Positions 52,461 through 64,000 of a stretch of DNA of 64,000 nucleotides are shown one piece after another. Source of the stretch: Octopus sinensis. Lineage: Eukaryota. The translations under genes were made by a program, and so were the position numbers. The notes under the pieces were generated by a model. The model was given only the letters and a program-made list of their open reading frames with translations. It ran no database searches and was not told the DNA's origin. Position 1 is the first letter of the stretch; the number at the start of each line of letters is the position of its first letter. The stretch spans positions 248,001 through 312,000 of the forward strand of contig NW_021833024.1 in assembly GCF_006345805.1 (NCBI RefSeq). The letters are read 5' to 3'.

Positions 52461-54231
52461 GCAAGGTATGGTTCGAGCCCCGCCTTCGAATTCGACTGTA
52501 AAACTTCTTTGTTGAATCAATCCTGTTCTACAACTCAAAGACCTGGGGTCTAACTGCCAAAGAACTAGAACAGCTCAATTTTCTACAGAAAACAATTAAT
52601 ACTACTACTAGGAATCCGCTGGCCAAAAAAGATGAGCAACGAAGAACTCTACATAATTATTCATACATCTGAGATCGCAAAAAAGTGATTTCCAGGAAGT
52701 GACTGCTTTTTGGACATATTCTAACAGCCTTGCAAATAACACCAGCCAATCAGGCCATGAAATCTTACTTTGTTTACCGAACAAAAGAATAACATTACCC
52801 ACCACGCTCGACTATGAACTCAAGTCGATTAGAAGAAAACTAAAATCGGTCGATTATCTGGACGATCTGAGAGATTTTCCACAAAATAAGAAAGAGTGGA
52901 AACAAATAACAGGGCATATCCTCAGTCGCATGGGAAAATTGGAATCTTAATTAACCTATTGATTTCGTGAGAATTGCACTAATAATATCCGAGTGCCTGA
53001 AATCAACATCCATCAATTTCCTACACTGTAAAACTAATTTTCTTGCAATAGAGAAACATCTAAATATAAGTTCCTATTTGACACAATTCCTTTTTGCTTT
53101 GCGAGATTCCTACCACCCTTGATCTGCTCTAAATGTTCAAATGACAATTGTCGTTTATTTAATAATACTCCTGCAAAAAAATACACCCGTATCCTTGCTA
53201 AAAGCAATGCCCTAAACCAATGGTCATATTCATTGAAATGAATTCAAGATTACATTTCAACGTTGACTATTCTAAAATTGACGCCGAACTCCGTCCTCAA
53301 TAAACTTCCACCGGATGTTTACCTCTTCGCAATGCTTCTTGACTATTATTTTCTGTGCTCTTTTCCGCTCTGGCCATCATCATTCATCAAATTACTACGC
53401 TCAAAAAATATAAGATTCAATCTCTCCTTTTTGTAACCTTTGCTGTATTAATTTAATTCGATACTCCAAATATAAAAAATTCAAAACAAAACAAATGAAA
53501 TAGACTATCAACGTCAGATACGTCGGAGTGTCAGATTGGTCACGTTTGAAATTTCCAATAAAAGTTACATTTCTCGAATATTTTTTCCTATGTGGCCTTT
53601 CGGCCGGGGAAAATTTGCAATGGCATAATTATTTCCCAAATCTGGAATTTAATAATAACCAGATCTCAATCTGAAAATCTTTTTTCTTAGTGATGACAGG
53701 AAGGTTTCTAAGTAGTCTTGATCAGCGGATAAGCGGATGATATTCTACTTAGACCCATTAAATAAAAGTTCGATATCGGAAAAACAATACATTATACAAA
53801 CTTTTTCCGACCGTGGGCAAACTTTTTCAGACGGACAGCAAAAAAAATGAGAGAAATTCTAGCAAACGATATTAAAGTACCCAAAAGGAATAGATACAGG
53901 GCGCTCGGTTTTACAGAGGAACAACAAGCACATTTCTAAAAAGGCAACTTTTCAGAGCCCTAAAAGTTTGACGCATGAAATGTTGAAAAACCTTTCACAG
54001 CGAAAACAGACGCTTCCTGGTTTCAGGAGGTTCATATTGTTACATAAAGCACAGGCACAGAAATAGAAAAGATGATCAAACAATGAAATAAAATAGAGGA
54101 CGCCAAAAAAGGGATAGCTAAGAATAGGAATACGAATAAGAGGAAAATCGGAAAAAGGGAATAAAGCGAATAAAAAAAGAATAACGTATAATATTCGGAA
54201 ATAAAATATATAAATATACAGTAACTTTTAA

Positions 54232-56120
54232 TTATTTTTTGTTTATTTTTTTATAAACCAAAGTGCGCGGAACATTTTGAAAATTTGAAAAGCATTCCAA
54301 ATCTCTAACCCAGAAGTCTTTTAGTTTTGTAGGGTCATTAGAGCTAAAATAACAATGACTAAAACAGTACCAGTTATTCGCCAATAAATTTGAACGCCTT
54401 CTCCAAATATAAACAGATGCACCAAATATAAAAATTCCAACAATCCCAAAAACGACCAAAAATACTGCTACTTTTGATACAGATTCAACTAAATTTATGG
54501 CACTAGAAATACTCACCAGAATTTATTAAAACTTTTATTGTTTGATTTACTTGTGATGTTTCATCAGATACGATACAGGTTAAAGATATTACTTCCTGTT
54601 TCATTTTTCGGAACTGCTTGGACGACAGGGTAAATAAAAACTCACTTTCGACTTCGGAATTTATTGTTAAATAGTTTTGATTTCTTGTATCACTCTTTAT
54701 CAATTCGTTGTTATATAACCAGTTTATCTGCAATTTATAAATTGGATCGACAGTTCCCCAGCATTTAATAGCATGTTGGTCGAATTGACTTATTTCGACT
54801 AGTGATGAGTGCGACATGAAAATTGTTGGTTTTTCTGTTACTTTGAGGTAAACAGTCCTTGCAGCTTTTCCGAAATCGTTTTTTATAAGACATCGAATAC
54901 TCATTGATTGAGTTATATTGTAGAAAGTTAATATGGTGCTATTATGATTCAAAGACACCTCAAAAGAATACAATTTTGTTTCTAAATCTAATAAAAACAC
55001 AAAATACGATATTCCTCAGAATCCAGGTACCACTTTATTCTAGGCTTTGGGTATCCTGATTTCGGAAAACATTCAAAGATTGCTGTTGCTCCAGTAGTAG
55101 CATTCAGTGAATGAAATGTGTCGGAAATAGAAGGCAATTCTGTGAATATTTTATACAATCAAACCGTAAAAACTAACTGTGAAATTAAGGTCGTAGTTAT
55201 ATAAAAAATTATTGCTTAACGAAGCGATCCCATAAAATTCATATGTATCTTCTCTCTTCTGTGGACTCAACGTTATCTTGTTGAAGCCCATAAAATGTTC
55301 ATCCTGATAATACAGTATTGTATAAACTCCCCTAAAAAATATATTTTAAAAAAAACCATCCAAAAAATATACAAGGAGTAATTTTATGGAAACTTCGAAA
55401 CTCAAGTTTTATATTTTGTCCTCTTGGAAAAAAGGGAACTGCTTTAAAGTTGGTTTCTTTTTTGTTTAAAATTATCAAAAAAAACTTGTAATAGCATATC
55501 TGAAATTGAATAACATTTTTCCGTGGTTAAAATCGCACATGTACTGAGAAAACGAGTCAGTTTCAAGAAAATATCTGATGTACAAGTCGTTGTCCAATTC
55601 AAATATTCGGTTATCACTTTGTGGAAGAAGTTTAAAGAATTCAGACGAAATGTAATCTTTTTTGAACCAGGTGCAGTTATCATTAATGCCCTTAGTCTTG
55701 AGAATTGCAAACGGGTGATGATGAGTATAAAAATCTAAACTCGTCAATCTAAACTCGTCAAATATACCGTTTTCTAGATTTAAATAATTCACTTTAAACG
55801 GAAGAGATGTTTCTTTTCCACATTTATTCTCGACAGTGCATTCAAACACTTGTGCGTCGACTGATTTTTTGTAGAGAACAAGATTTTTTCCCTCCGTATG
55901 ATACAATGAATTATTAAAGTTAATGGGAACCCCGTCTCTAGTCCACCTAAATGTGTCATATAGTATTTAAATACTTGTAATTATCAGAAGATGATGATTT
56001 GATTGGGCAGGTTATGCTGTTGTGTTTTTTTATAAAAATAAAATTCGTCTCCAACATTTCCATTACTGGAGGAAAACAAAAAGCTTTAGTCTGAGCAATT
56101 AATATGAAGAAATAATACAT
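54232..56120 (-). CDS. Type-I membrane protein with about 5 Ig-like domains (paralog 2)
   Basis: SITCPIK..KWTRDG..FECTVENKCGKETSL, FECFPKSGYPKPRIKW, KCWGTVDPIYKLQINW; TM VAVFLVVFGIVGIFIFGASVYIW. Shares intron positions with paralog 1. Confidence 0.78.
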
Positions 56121-57299
56121 TCAGATTTATTACCGTCTTTTGGAATTATATTGGCATTTATTGTAGCTAAATTTGGCTAACTTCCTAAAAATCTTGAGTT
56201 TATCATAATTGACGTTATTTACTTTTTTGATTAAAATTATAATTAAAGACTTAATAATTTGCCTGTGGTTTACCAAGTAAGTTAGATCTATCAATTCAAA
56301 TGGATTTGGAAACGTTCACGGGGAACCTAATGTCCACCGAAAAAAGGACCATTCGATTTCCTTCCCTTGAAGACATTTTTGTCCCAAAGCGATGCACTTT
56401 GCGTAAGAATTGACCTTCCCGGAAAAAATTCCGGACCCATAGAAGTGGAAAACACTTTACTGCTTTTCAGCAAAACATAAATGGATTAAATTGGACTGAC
56501 ACGTGATTATAAGTGTGACAAGTGTCAAAGTCACTCACTCAGCTCGCGACATATTAAAATTAGCGTTTATCTTTTTTGGAATGGAAAAATTGCAAATTGG
56601 GCCTTCGCTGAGAACTCTTTCCATAATTTTCTGCTTTATTGTAAAATAAGATTGTAAACATTCCTGTTACATTATACGAATTCCAGAATTGCTATTCCAG
56701 TAAATAGAATCTGCAATAGTTTGCATTTCACTTTTGTTATATATGAAATAACTAGTTTCTGCTTTTGAAATCTTTAAGGTATAAGCGGTCATCAATAACA
56801 ATAAACTTTGTGGATTTTTCGAATTTTCAGTCAGTGAAGAACTCAAAAACCATCTATTTTAAAAAATGAAGAATTAACAAAGCTCGCGAAAATATATCTC
56901 GACTCTTGTACATCTTTCTTCCTGCTGATGAGATACAACATCGGACCAGCAAAGCTTTTATATGTACAGTAAAACCTCTCGAATACGCCGATTTTTTGGT
57001 CGGTCCCAAAATTGGCGAAATATAACGAATGGGTTGTCAGAAATATAATGTAGTATAGAAATTTTTTCGTTGATAGAAAGTCTAACAGAACGACGCATCA
57101 CAAAAATACAATTTAACGCGTAATGAAAATTTTAAAATGTAATTAATTTAACTTACAATTAGATAAAAATTATTTTTTATAATCTTGAGGAGCAGATTCG
57201 CGAAACAAGCGAATTCAAGAATTATTTACACCCCTCGACAAAAAATTTGGTTATTTAATCTTCTTGAAAAAAAACTTTAATACAGTCAAATTAATTATA

Positions 57300-57640
57300 G
57301 ATAATTAAATGTCGTGAACTTGAGGGTTAGTCCGACGACGAAGCACTGCGGATAGAGAGGCAGTTCCCGCGAAGAATTGCACCGAGATGCGCTGGAAAAG
57401 CCAGCTCGTCTCCCTCCGGTCATTTGTATTCTGTGAGATTCTTCCTCCCACAACCCGTAACAGATTTTCTACCTTCTTTCTCCAACCACACCGGAGGTCT
57501 CAAAGACTAGGGTGACAAACTCAACGACGTTCGGAAGCACAGCGTACTTCGTCACTTTCCTTCTTCTGTCTGCCAGCGCACATGCGTAGCCTGGTACTGG
57601 CTGTTCTGTGAGCACAGTATCTGAAAAGGAGTCGACGCAA
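57300..57640 (-). mobile_element. CRE-like 3' fragment nested in the Tc1
   Basis: KYAVLP..FETSGVVG..RETSWLFQRISV-ILRGNCLSI..SD*. Confidence 0.78.
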
Positions 57641-57834
57641 TCTTCCTGCTTTTTTTTTCATTTAAAACGAATAAATTCATCTTTAAGATCCTTTAGATCT
57701 TCTAAAATAATATTATTTTGTATTTATAATTAAATAGATTTAAATTTTAATATTGCAAGAAATTTAAAGCATGTCGGCAATTAGGTTAGTGACATAAAAA
57801 TTGGTTTATAAATTTTAACCGTCAAATTATGCTA

Positions 57835-58444
57835 GTATGTCGCGAGCGCAGCGAGCGACCGGCGCAGCGAGCGACCACTCAATTTCTAGATCCGATCAAT
57901 CAAAAAATCTATAAATTGACAAATACCCAGGCTTGTTATTTGGGATTAAATATATTCGATAACAAAAATAAAATCGATGCCAAAGCAGAATGAGCTTTAA
58001 AACAACCGATTTCATAAATAAAAATATATTTTAAAATTATAATTGATATTTTAGAATAATGAGAAAAATCTAAATGCTTCAAATTTATAAAATGTCAAAA
58101 CAAGAATCTTCTGAAGGAGCAAGCCTGTCTGCACAGTTCATTTTTGATTAAAGACCTAATTTTAGAGATTAAAACGAAAAATAGCAATGAGATCTGTCAA
58201 ATTATTACCCCCCTCACAACCTAAACCAAATTAGCGTTCAGTATTCATTGATTTTAACTTTTTCTATTAAGGTTCTACTTATAAATTATTTTATGGGATT
58301 CAATGGAAAACTTAAGTTATTTCAATTTTAATTTTAATCATGTTAAAATTTTAAATAATTTAATAAATATATTTGTTGATGATAGGCTTGTTACGTGTCA
58401 AAGTTGCGTCTAGCGCTCGGTCGCGCGCTGCGCTCGCGACATAG
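57835..58444. mobile_element. About 610-bp MITE with GC-rich TIRs nested in the Tc1
   Basis: TATGTCGCGAGCGCAGCG(A/C)GCGACC inverted at 57836-57860 and 58419-58443, TA-flanked, with an AT-rich non-coding interior. Confidence 0.75.
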
Positions 58445-60741
58445 TATTTAGAGATTGATCTTATAAAAAATATTTTTAGGATAATACTCCTCGATTCGTT
58501 TATGAAAGGGAAAATAATTGCGCTAAACGACTTAAATATGTCATATATAAAATTTCTAAAGAAACCGGTGTTCCATATTCACAGTCGTAAATTTATCAGA
58601 AATACAATAAAACTGGATCATATGACCGCCACATGGTTCTGGAAGACTATCATTTTGAATAATGTGCAAATTTAATCATTTGGTACGCACATCAGAGGAA
58701 AATTCATCTTTAACTACTGCTTCTGAACTCTCTAATGAAATATAAAAGTTTTCTGGCAACACGTGTCTCGTCTCGAACCATAATACGAAATTTAAATAAA
58801 AATGGAATTTTCGGAAGAATTGCAAATAAAAAACCACTTCTAACAAAAAAACACATGGTTTCCAGATTCCAAAAATCTTTAAAATTCAGACCATTATTTT
58901 GGATCAATAATCCTTTCCTGATGAATGTATTTTTTAATTATTAAACGACCCAAAAAAGAAAAATTGTGTATAGAAAAATTTAAAAACCTAATCCTAAAAT
59001 ATTACTCAACTGTCAAATTTGAAAAAGGTAATTGTGATGTAATCAAAATTAGGAAAATCATGGTGTGGGGTTGTTTTTTCCTATCATGGGGTAGGCGATT
59101 TGGTATTTATAGACAAGACGCTTAATGCTGCAAAATATCATCTATTTTGACAATAATTTGCCATATTCTGCACAAAAAATGAAGATTGTTATATATTTTT
59201 CACCCCAGCCATCCCATCAAATGATTATTCAATATTTTTGCGAAAAACATATTAAAACATTAGAATGTCCTTCGCAATCTCCGGATTTAATCCCGATAAA
59301 GCATTTGTGGGCTTATGAAGGTTCAAATTAGGCAAAGAAAACATGAGAACATTAAGGCACTGAAGGAAAATCTATTAGATATTTGGAATTCTATTCCATC
59401 AAAAACACTTGAAAAATTAGTTGAGTCAATGAAAAAAAGGTGTTGGAGATCTATTCGGCAAAGGAGGTTATTCTACATATTATCTCACAATAACCAAATT
59501 TTATGCCATGAAAGTCGTTGTTTTTTTCCAAATTTCTTAGACAAAATTTCAAAATTTAAATAATTAAATTAATTTTTTATCAATTTTATCAGATTTTAAA
59601 TATATCTGAAGAAAAAATTAAATCATTCTTTGTATGAATGAAGTAAGTTGTAGATTCACCAAATTTATGTCGAGGGGTGTATAGGAAATTTCAAATTTTT
59701 GATGAAAACAAGCGGATTCAAGAGGTTTTACTGTACACCGATTTTCACCCTGCTGCGAACAATACGACAGTCTACTTTTGATAGACAAATCTCTTAAACA
59801 AACTTTTAAGTCACTAATCAACGTCCGCTTGACGAACTTGATTGGAAGCAAGATTTGAAGTGCTTCCCCTAGATTTGAGGTGTCGGTCTTAGTCGGTGCT
59901 GGAGATCTTGTACCTGGCATATCTATCGTCTCTCTCAAGTTGTAACCATTTTTCACGGCAAGTCCTTCATCAAATTGTTGGACTTCACTGGAATAAATCA
60001 TTTGACGAAGCGTGTCGGAAATGGAACGAGTCCGGACTCAAAATCCCCGAAAACACAACGAAGCAAAGTAACTGGGATAACATTGTCTGCTCCAAAATTT
60101 TGGAAGACCTTAAAAAAGAAGCACATCAACATCGTCTTGCTTGATTGGTGTCAGCTACAAGTGGATTACGCCACGGTGCTCCGAACCATGTGATCGTTAG
60201 AGCTCTGAAGGCTACAGGGTTCCCAGCACAGCTAGAACCAGTGCGTTTCGATCGAAGATATGGAAAGAGACCTGAAGATCTTTGGTCTGGGACGCAACTT
60301 GCGTTGACACATATTCAAGCACAAACCTCCTTAAATCGGTTCAGACATATGGAGCAAGTGCTTTAATCGCGCAAAATCTGATAATCAAAAATATTCCTCC
60401 CTTGGAGACCGATACAGATTTACCCCTGTAGCGGCCAAGTCATCGGGAACCGTTGGCCCAAAAAGTGCTGAGTTCTTGCGCGAACTCAAAGAAATGTTTC
60501 TCGTAAAGAAGAGGGATCAACGAGAAGGGTTATGGCTAAGATAAAGCGGTGAATTTGTATTTTAGCGTCAGGTGAGAGACCTGCTGCTTTGATAAATATT
60601 GTTGAAACAACTCTGCCCACTTCATACTTGTTGACTTTGGATATTTCACATTATCCACATGTCATTGACCATTCCTGATGCTGTCTGAGATAGAAACAAA
60701 GTATTTGCATCGAAAATATGACAGAGAACGTGCCATGAGGG

Positions 60742-61800
60742 TCATTGGATGGTCGGGGGAAAGAAAGGAAAAATCAAAGTTCCATTTTTTGTCCAAAGCA
60801 GAAATTCTTGGAATATCTTCTCTTTATCAACTAACGAGGTCCGCCACGTGAATTCGTCCAAATAAGACTCAAATAACGATCGCGATGTTCCTAAAATAAA
60901 TTTACGAGTTTTACCAAATTGCCTTTTTAGCTTTCTCTTCGCTCGCATCCATGTGTTCACAATATTTTGAGTATGGATGGAGCGGTTTAAAGGGTCAACA
61001 TTTATCACAGAATGTGAATAAATCCCTCCTCCAATCTGCCCAATCCCATTATAGGCTGCCCAACCATCAGTAATGATATGGGTGCCGGGAAGTATGCGTC
61101 GAACGATAATTTCATTAAGTGTTTTCGCTGTTCTGTCTAAAGGATAAATGGAAAAAAGAACCTGCAACTTCTTCAAAAAAGCACTTTCTAGTTTCTCTGT
61201 CTATTCCACCCAATACCCAATGGCCTGGTCGCCAATAACCTCGATGGTACTTTCTGTGAAAAAATTTACACTCGTCGATTTCCACTATCGACTCGTCTAA
61301 AAATTAAAATTAAATGAATTACGTAATGTATCTTCATTGACCACAAGTCCCCCAAGTTTAATAGGAGCATTTGCAAGAGACACCGTAATAAGTTCTCTGT
61401 AAAAGTTCGTCTAATCTGTAATCGTATTTTGCGAAATTTCTAGTTCGTACGAGATAAGATTTCCCTGGTAATTTAATGCTCACATATACGTAAGCATCAA
61501 AATTTACGTTAACGGTAATTACTTTTTAAAATTAGTTTAAGGATCACTTACTGCAAAACCAGCTGTTCTACTTCGAGAAGTATTGCATGGAATACATAAC
61601 CAAATTGCGTTGTCCACGTTCTTCTTGACTTAGATAAACGACAGCGTCTCTATTTGTGAGAATATAGGTCTTACTTTACAGCGAACGCATTTCATTGTGT
61701 TAGAGATCAACCGCCTCTCTGCGCACCAAATTACACACTCTTCTATATTATCGCCGAAGAGCCTGTCTAGAGACAATAACCGGTTATATTCCTGCATGTG
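60742..61800 (-). mobile_element. Merlin (IS1595/ISXO2-like DDE) transposase remnant
   Basis: VEIDECKF..KYHRG..WVLGG, ILPGTHIITDGWAAY, HTQNIVNTW, YLDEFTWR; upstream CxxC...CxxC traces; frameshifted. Confidence 0.75.
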
Positions 61801-61863
61801 AATAAATCCCTATCTAAATTTCTGGTGTGGTGCAATCACTATTTTTAACACAGAGTCAGTGCA

Positions 61864-63490
61864 ATGAAGATTAATGAGGTAAATAAGAAAAACAGCCATC
61901 CGTGCGAAAAATGCAACATAATTAACACGAGAAAGAGAAAGATCACTTGTTCAGCGTGCTCAAGGCTCTTTCACATGTCATGCGTAGGAGTTTCTAAGAA
62001 GGCCCTTACTAACATTTCCCATTGGCACTGTCATCTATGCCTTCCAGCTGGCACTGCTCCCTTCAATCAAACTGCTTGCACTGTGCCGTTGGATCACGAA
62101 CGCCTACTTGACACGATTTCTAAATGGTCATCCTCAAGACACATCCCCACAAGGATCCCCAGAGGAGCTCGTTTAACCTTTGCCGACTGCCTTTCAGCCA
62201 GCATTGAAAGCGCATTATCATCGAACGACATCAGTTACTGGATCCGCCTGCTTTGTTTAGCCCCTTGTGTTTTGGGTTTACCTTCTGGTTCTACAATTCG
62301 TGGTAGATCTTTGTCATCGTTCGTCAAAGAAAACATACGCCTGTTCGATTCCGGACTTACAGTGATTGATCCCCCATTACAACCGGCTACTGTGAAGAGT
62401 CCTCGAAAGATACCAGAGGATACACTTTCTGAAGAGATACATTTACGGAGGACCATTCATTCTAAATTATTTGAAAAGGGAATACGCTCGGCTTTGAGAG
62501 TGCTCTCCAGTGATAGTTCATTCCTGAAGCCTTCAATTGAGACTCATGAAGCTCTCCTGGATCGACATCCGGCCGCTCCAAGCGACTCACGAAATCCACC
62601 TCTCTTAGGGATTCTTTAGCCATTATCTGTCTCGGACGATGACATTAAAGCCGGAATTTTATCCTTTGCTCCAAGCAGCGGGGCGGGTCTAAACGGGCTA
62701 GACCAGGACATCTTAAGGACCTAATCTCGCCGGACACTGGAAACTCGGGATCACGGCTTCTTTCGTCGATCTGTTCTCTTATCAACAGAATGCTTTCGGG
62801 AGATCTTCCAGAGCTAGTCCGTCACTTTTTCTTCTCTGCAAAACTGATCGCGCTAGAAAAGAAACTGATCGCCCTCGTCCATGGCCCTTACCATATTTCT
62901 TCGTCCTCGGGGGTTCAACAAGGAGACCCATTGGGTCCTGTTCTCTTTTGCCTTGGAATTAATCACATTGCTAAGAGCTGCTCAACCCCGCTGAATGTTT
63001 GGTACCTTGATGACTGCACCCTCGGAGGTCATCCCGAAACTGTCTTCAAGACGCTCGTTGACCTAATTCCGAGACTTGAATGCGTTGGTCTTATATTGAA
63101 CACTTCAAAAAGTGAAATCATTAATTTTGGGTTCCGTCGTGATGAATTCGAGGTTATTGTTTCCTCTTTCAGTGAGATAATTTTCGGAGCGTCCATCACG
63201 CCCAGTATCAGTCTGGAGATATTAGGCTGCCCATTGACAGATGGTGAAATCAAGGACGTTCTTGAAACTAAGGAAATGCTACTGGAAAAGACTTTTGTTC
63301 GTCTTAATTTGTTGGACCCACATACAGCCTTCTTCCTGCTCAAAAATGCCCTTGGCATCCAAAAATTAAATCATGTGTTACGAGGGTCACCCTGCTTCTT
63401 AGAAAATGATCAACTTCATTCTATTAATGTCCTTTCCCGGAAAACAACCGAACGCATCATAAACATCAAATTCGACGATCTGATTAGCGT
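61864..63490 (+). mobile_element. CRE-like retrotransposon with PHD finger; frameshifted, internally deleted, 3'-truncated
   Basis: CEKC..CSAC..FHMSC..WHCHLC, RIPRGAR, GVQQGDPLGP and WYLDD. RT domains 2-3 are deleted after ALEKK. Confidence 0.85.
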
Positions 63491-63700
63491 GAGAAGGAGT
63501 CGCCTTCTTTCGCTTTGCGGTCAACCTGATAGCCTTGTAACCAGAAAATGAAGGCGTAGGATCGTTCAGAGATAGCTTAGTCTCTTGCATCATAGCCATG
63601 CAGGTTTGTCAGAAGTGAACGCAGTTCCGGATTTTTTAAATCCCATTAATGTTTAGACGGAGAACCGTAATGTATTCTCTGATACAGCCAGCTGGTTTCC
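63490..63700 (-). mobile_element. APE endonuclease N-terminal fragment of a LINE, truncating the CRE copy
   Basis: NING..MMQETKLSLNDPTPSFSGYKAIR..GG-like motif. Confidence 0.6.
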
Positions 63701-64000
63701 CGGTGGTCAAACGTCTTCTTTTTGATCAGTTTCCCAATTATAAACAGAATCCTCTTCCCGGCCTGCCTAATTGATAAATTATAATTTTTAAAAATAATGT
63801 TTAATCTTTTTTGCAAAAAAATTTTTTCCCGTAAATTAGACATTATTTTTTCCTTAAGGAATAAAAATCATTTAATAGTTCTGGAGAAAGTTTACATGTT
63901 TTCCTCCATTTGATTAATAACACTCAGTGGATCAATGATGTCCGTTGATTCAGGTCCATTATAAAAATTTATTTCTCCTTCAAAACATTCTACGGGTAAA

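Larger units (their letters stand above)
57229..59679 (+). mobile_element. Degenerate Tc1-family transposon
   Basis: TIR CACCCCTCGACA(A/T)AAATTTGG with TA flanks. Transposase remnants VSSRTIIRNL..KKPLLTKKH, IMVWGCF and PSQSPDLIPIKHLW at 58500-59560. Confidence 0.85.
56967..59733. mobile_element. pogo-type MITE carrying nested elements
   Basis: 22-bp TIR CAGTAAAACCTCT(C/T)GAAT(A/C)CGC with TA duplications at 56965-66 and 59734-35. Confidence 0.85.
56830..60545 (+). mobile_element. Degraded CRE-like copy (relative of 1575-4670) interrupted by a 2.77-kb nested insertion
   Basis: 56830-56966 and 59734-60545 align collinearly with the intact element (..LLY|HRFSPC..DKSLKQT..) once the insert is removed; boundaries approximate. 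Confidence 0.8.

Noticed and set aside
52600-54200. Short ORFs between the Ig paralogs (e.g. 52699-52950) as a third paralog or new gene
   Set aside because: No Ig cysteine pattern; at most a weak resemblance to a LINE C-terminus, which is not enough to call.
55100-56030. Apparent stop codon and homopolymer frameshift making Ig paralog 2 a pseudogene
   Set aside because: On recount the A-run keeps frame (FIFIKKHNSITCP), and the TAA falls inside a 25-nt intron shared in position with paralog 1.
60742-61176. Bacterial IS or contamination
   Set aside because: It is embedded collinearly among eukaryotic TEs in AT-rich host DNA and is frameshifted; the eukaryotic Merlin family explains it.

Overview
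AT-rich, compact eukaryotic (metazoan) DNA, not prokaryotic. The host genes are cut by ultra-short GT-AG introns: about 30 that I checked against reading frames are 22-30 nt, with one 101-nt outlier. The ORF track therefore fragments them. Short introns plus a ciliary gene (CASC1/DNAI7) and acetylcholinesterase suggest a dicyemid-like reduced animal parasite, but that taxon call is inference. Thirteen host genes can be reconstructed: CWF19L1 (partial), an SMPDL3/acid-sphingomyelinase-like phosphodiesterase, a WIP/verprolin-like adaptor with Tyr-containing tandem repeats, GTF2H3, a catalytically degenerate G-alpha, a RING protein, CASC1, NCBP1, acetylcholinesterase, ATP2C1/SPCA, NDUFS7, and two paralogous 5-Ig type-I membrane receptors. 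Roughly 40-45% of the window (my estimate) is transposon-derived, all of it intergenic. It includes nine copies or fragments of CRE-like RT+RLE non-LTR retrotransposons, of which the three with intact N-termini carry a PHD finger and one is fully intact with a TSD. There are also four R4/Dong-like pieces, several APE-type LINE fragments, pogo/Tigger MITEs, Tc1, hAT and Merlin remnants, a tRNA-headed SINE-like element and a four-level nested insertion stack. The best candidates for new biology are: the micro-intron splicing regime with stop-free 3n introns; PHD-bearing CRE retroelements inserting without a shared target sequence; the pseudo-G-alpha; the repeat-bearing WIP; an operon-like AChE-SPCA-NDUFS7 cluster; and the Ig receptor pair.
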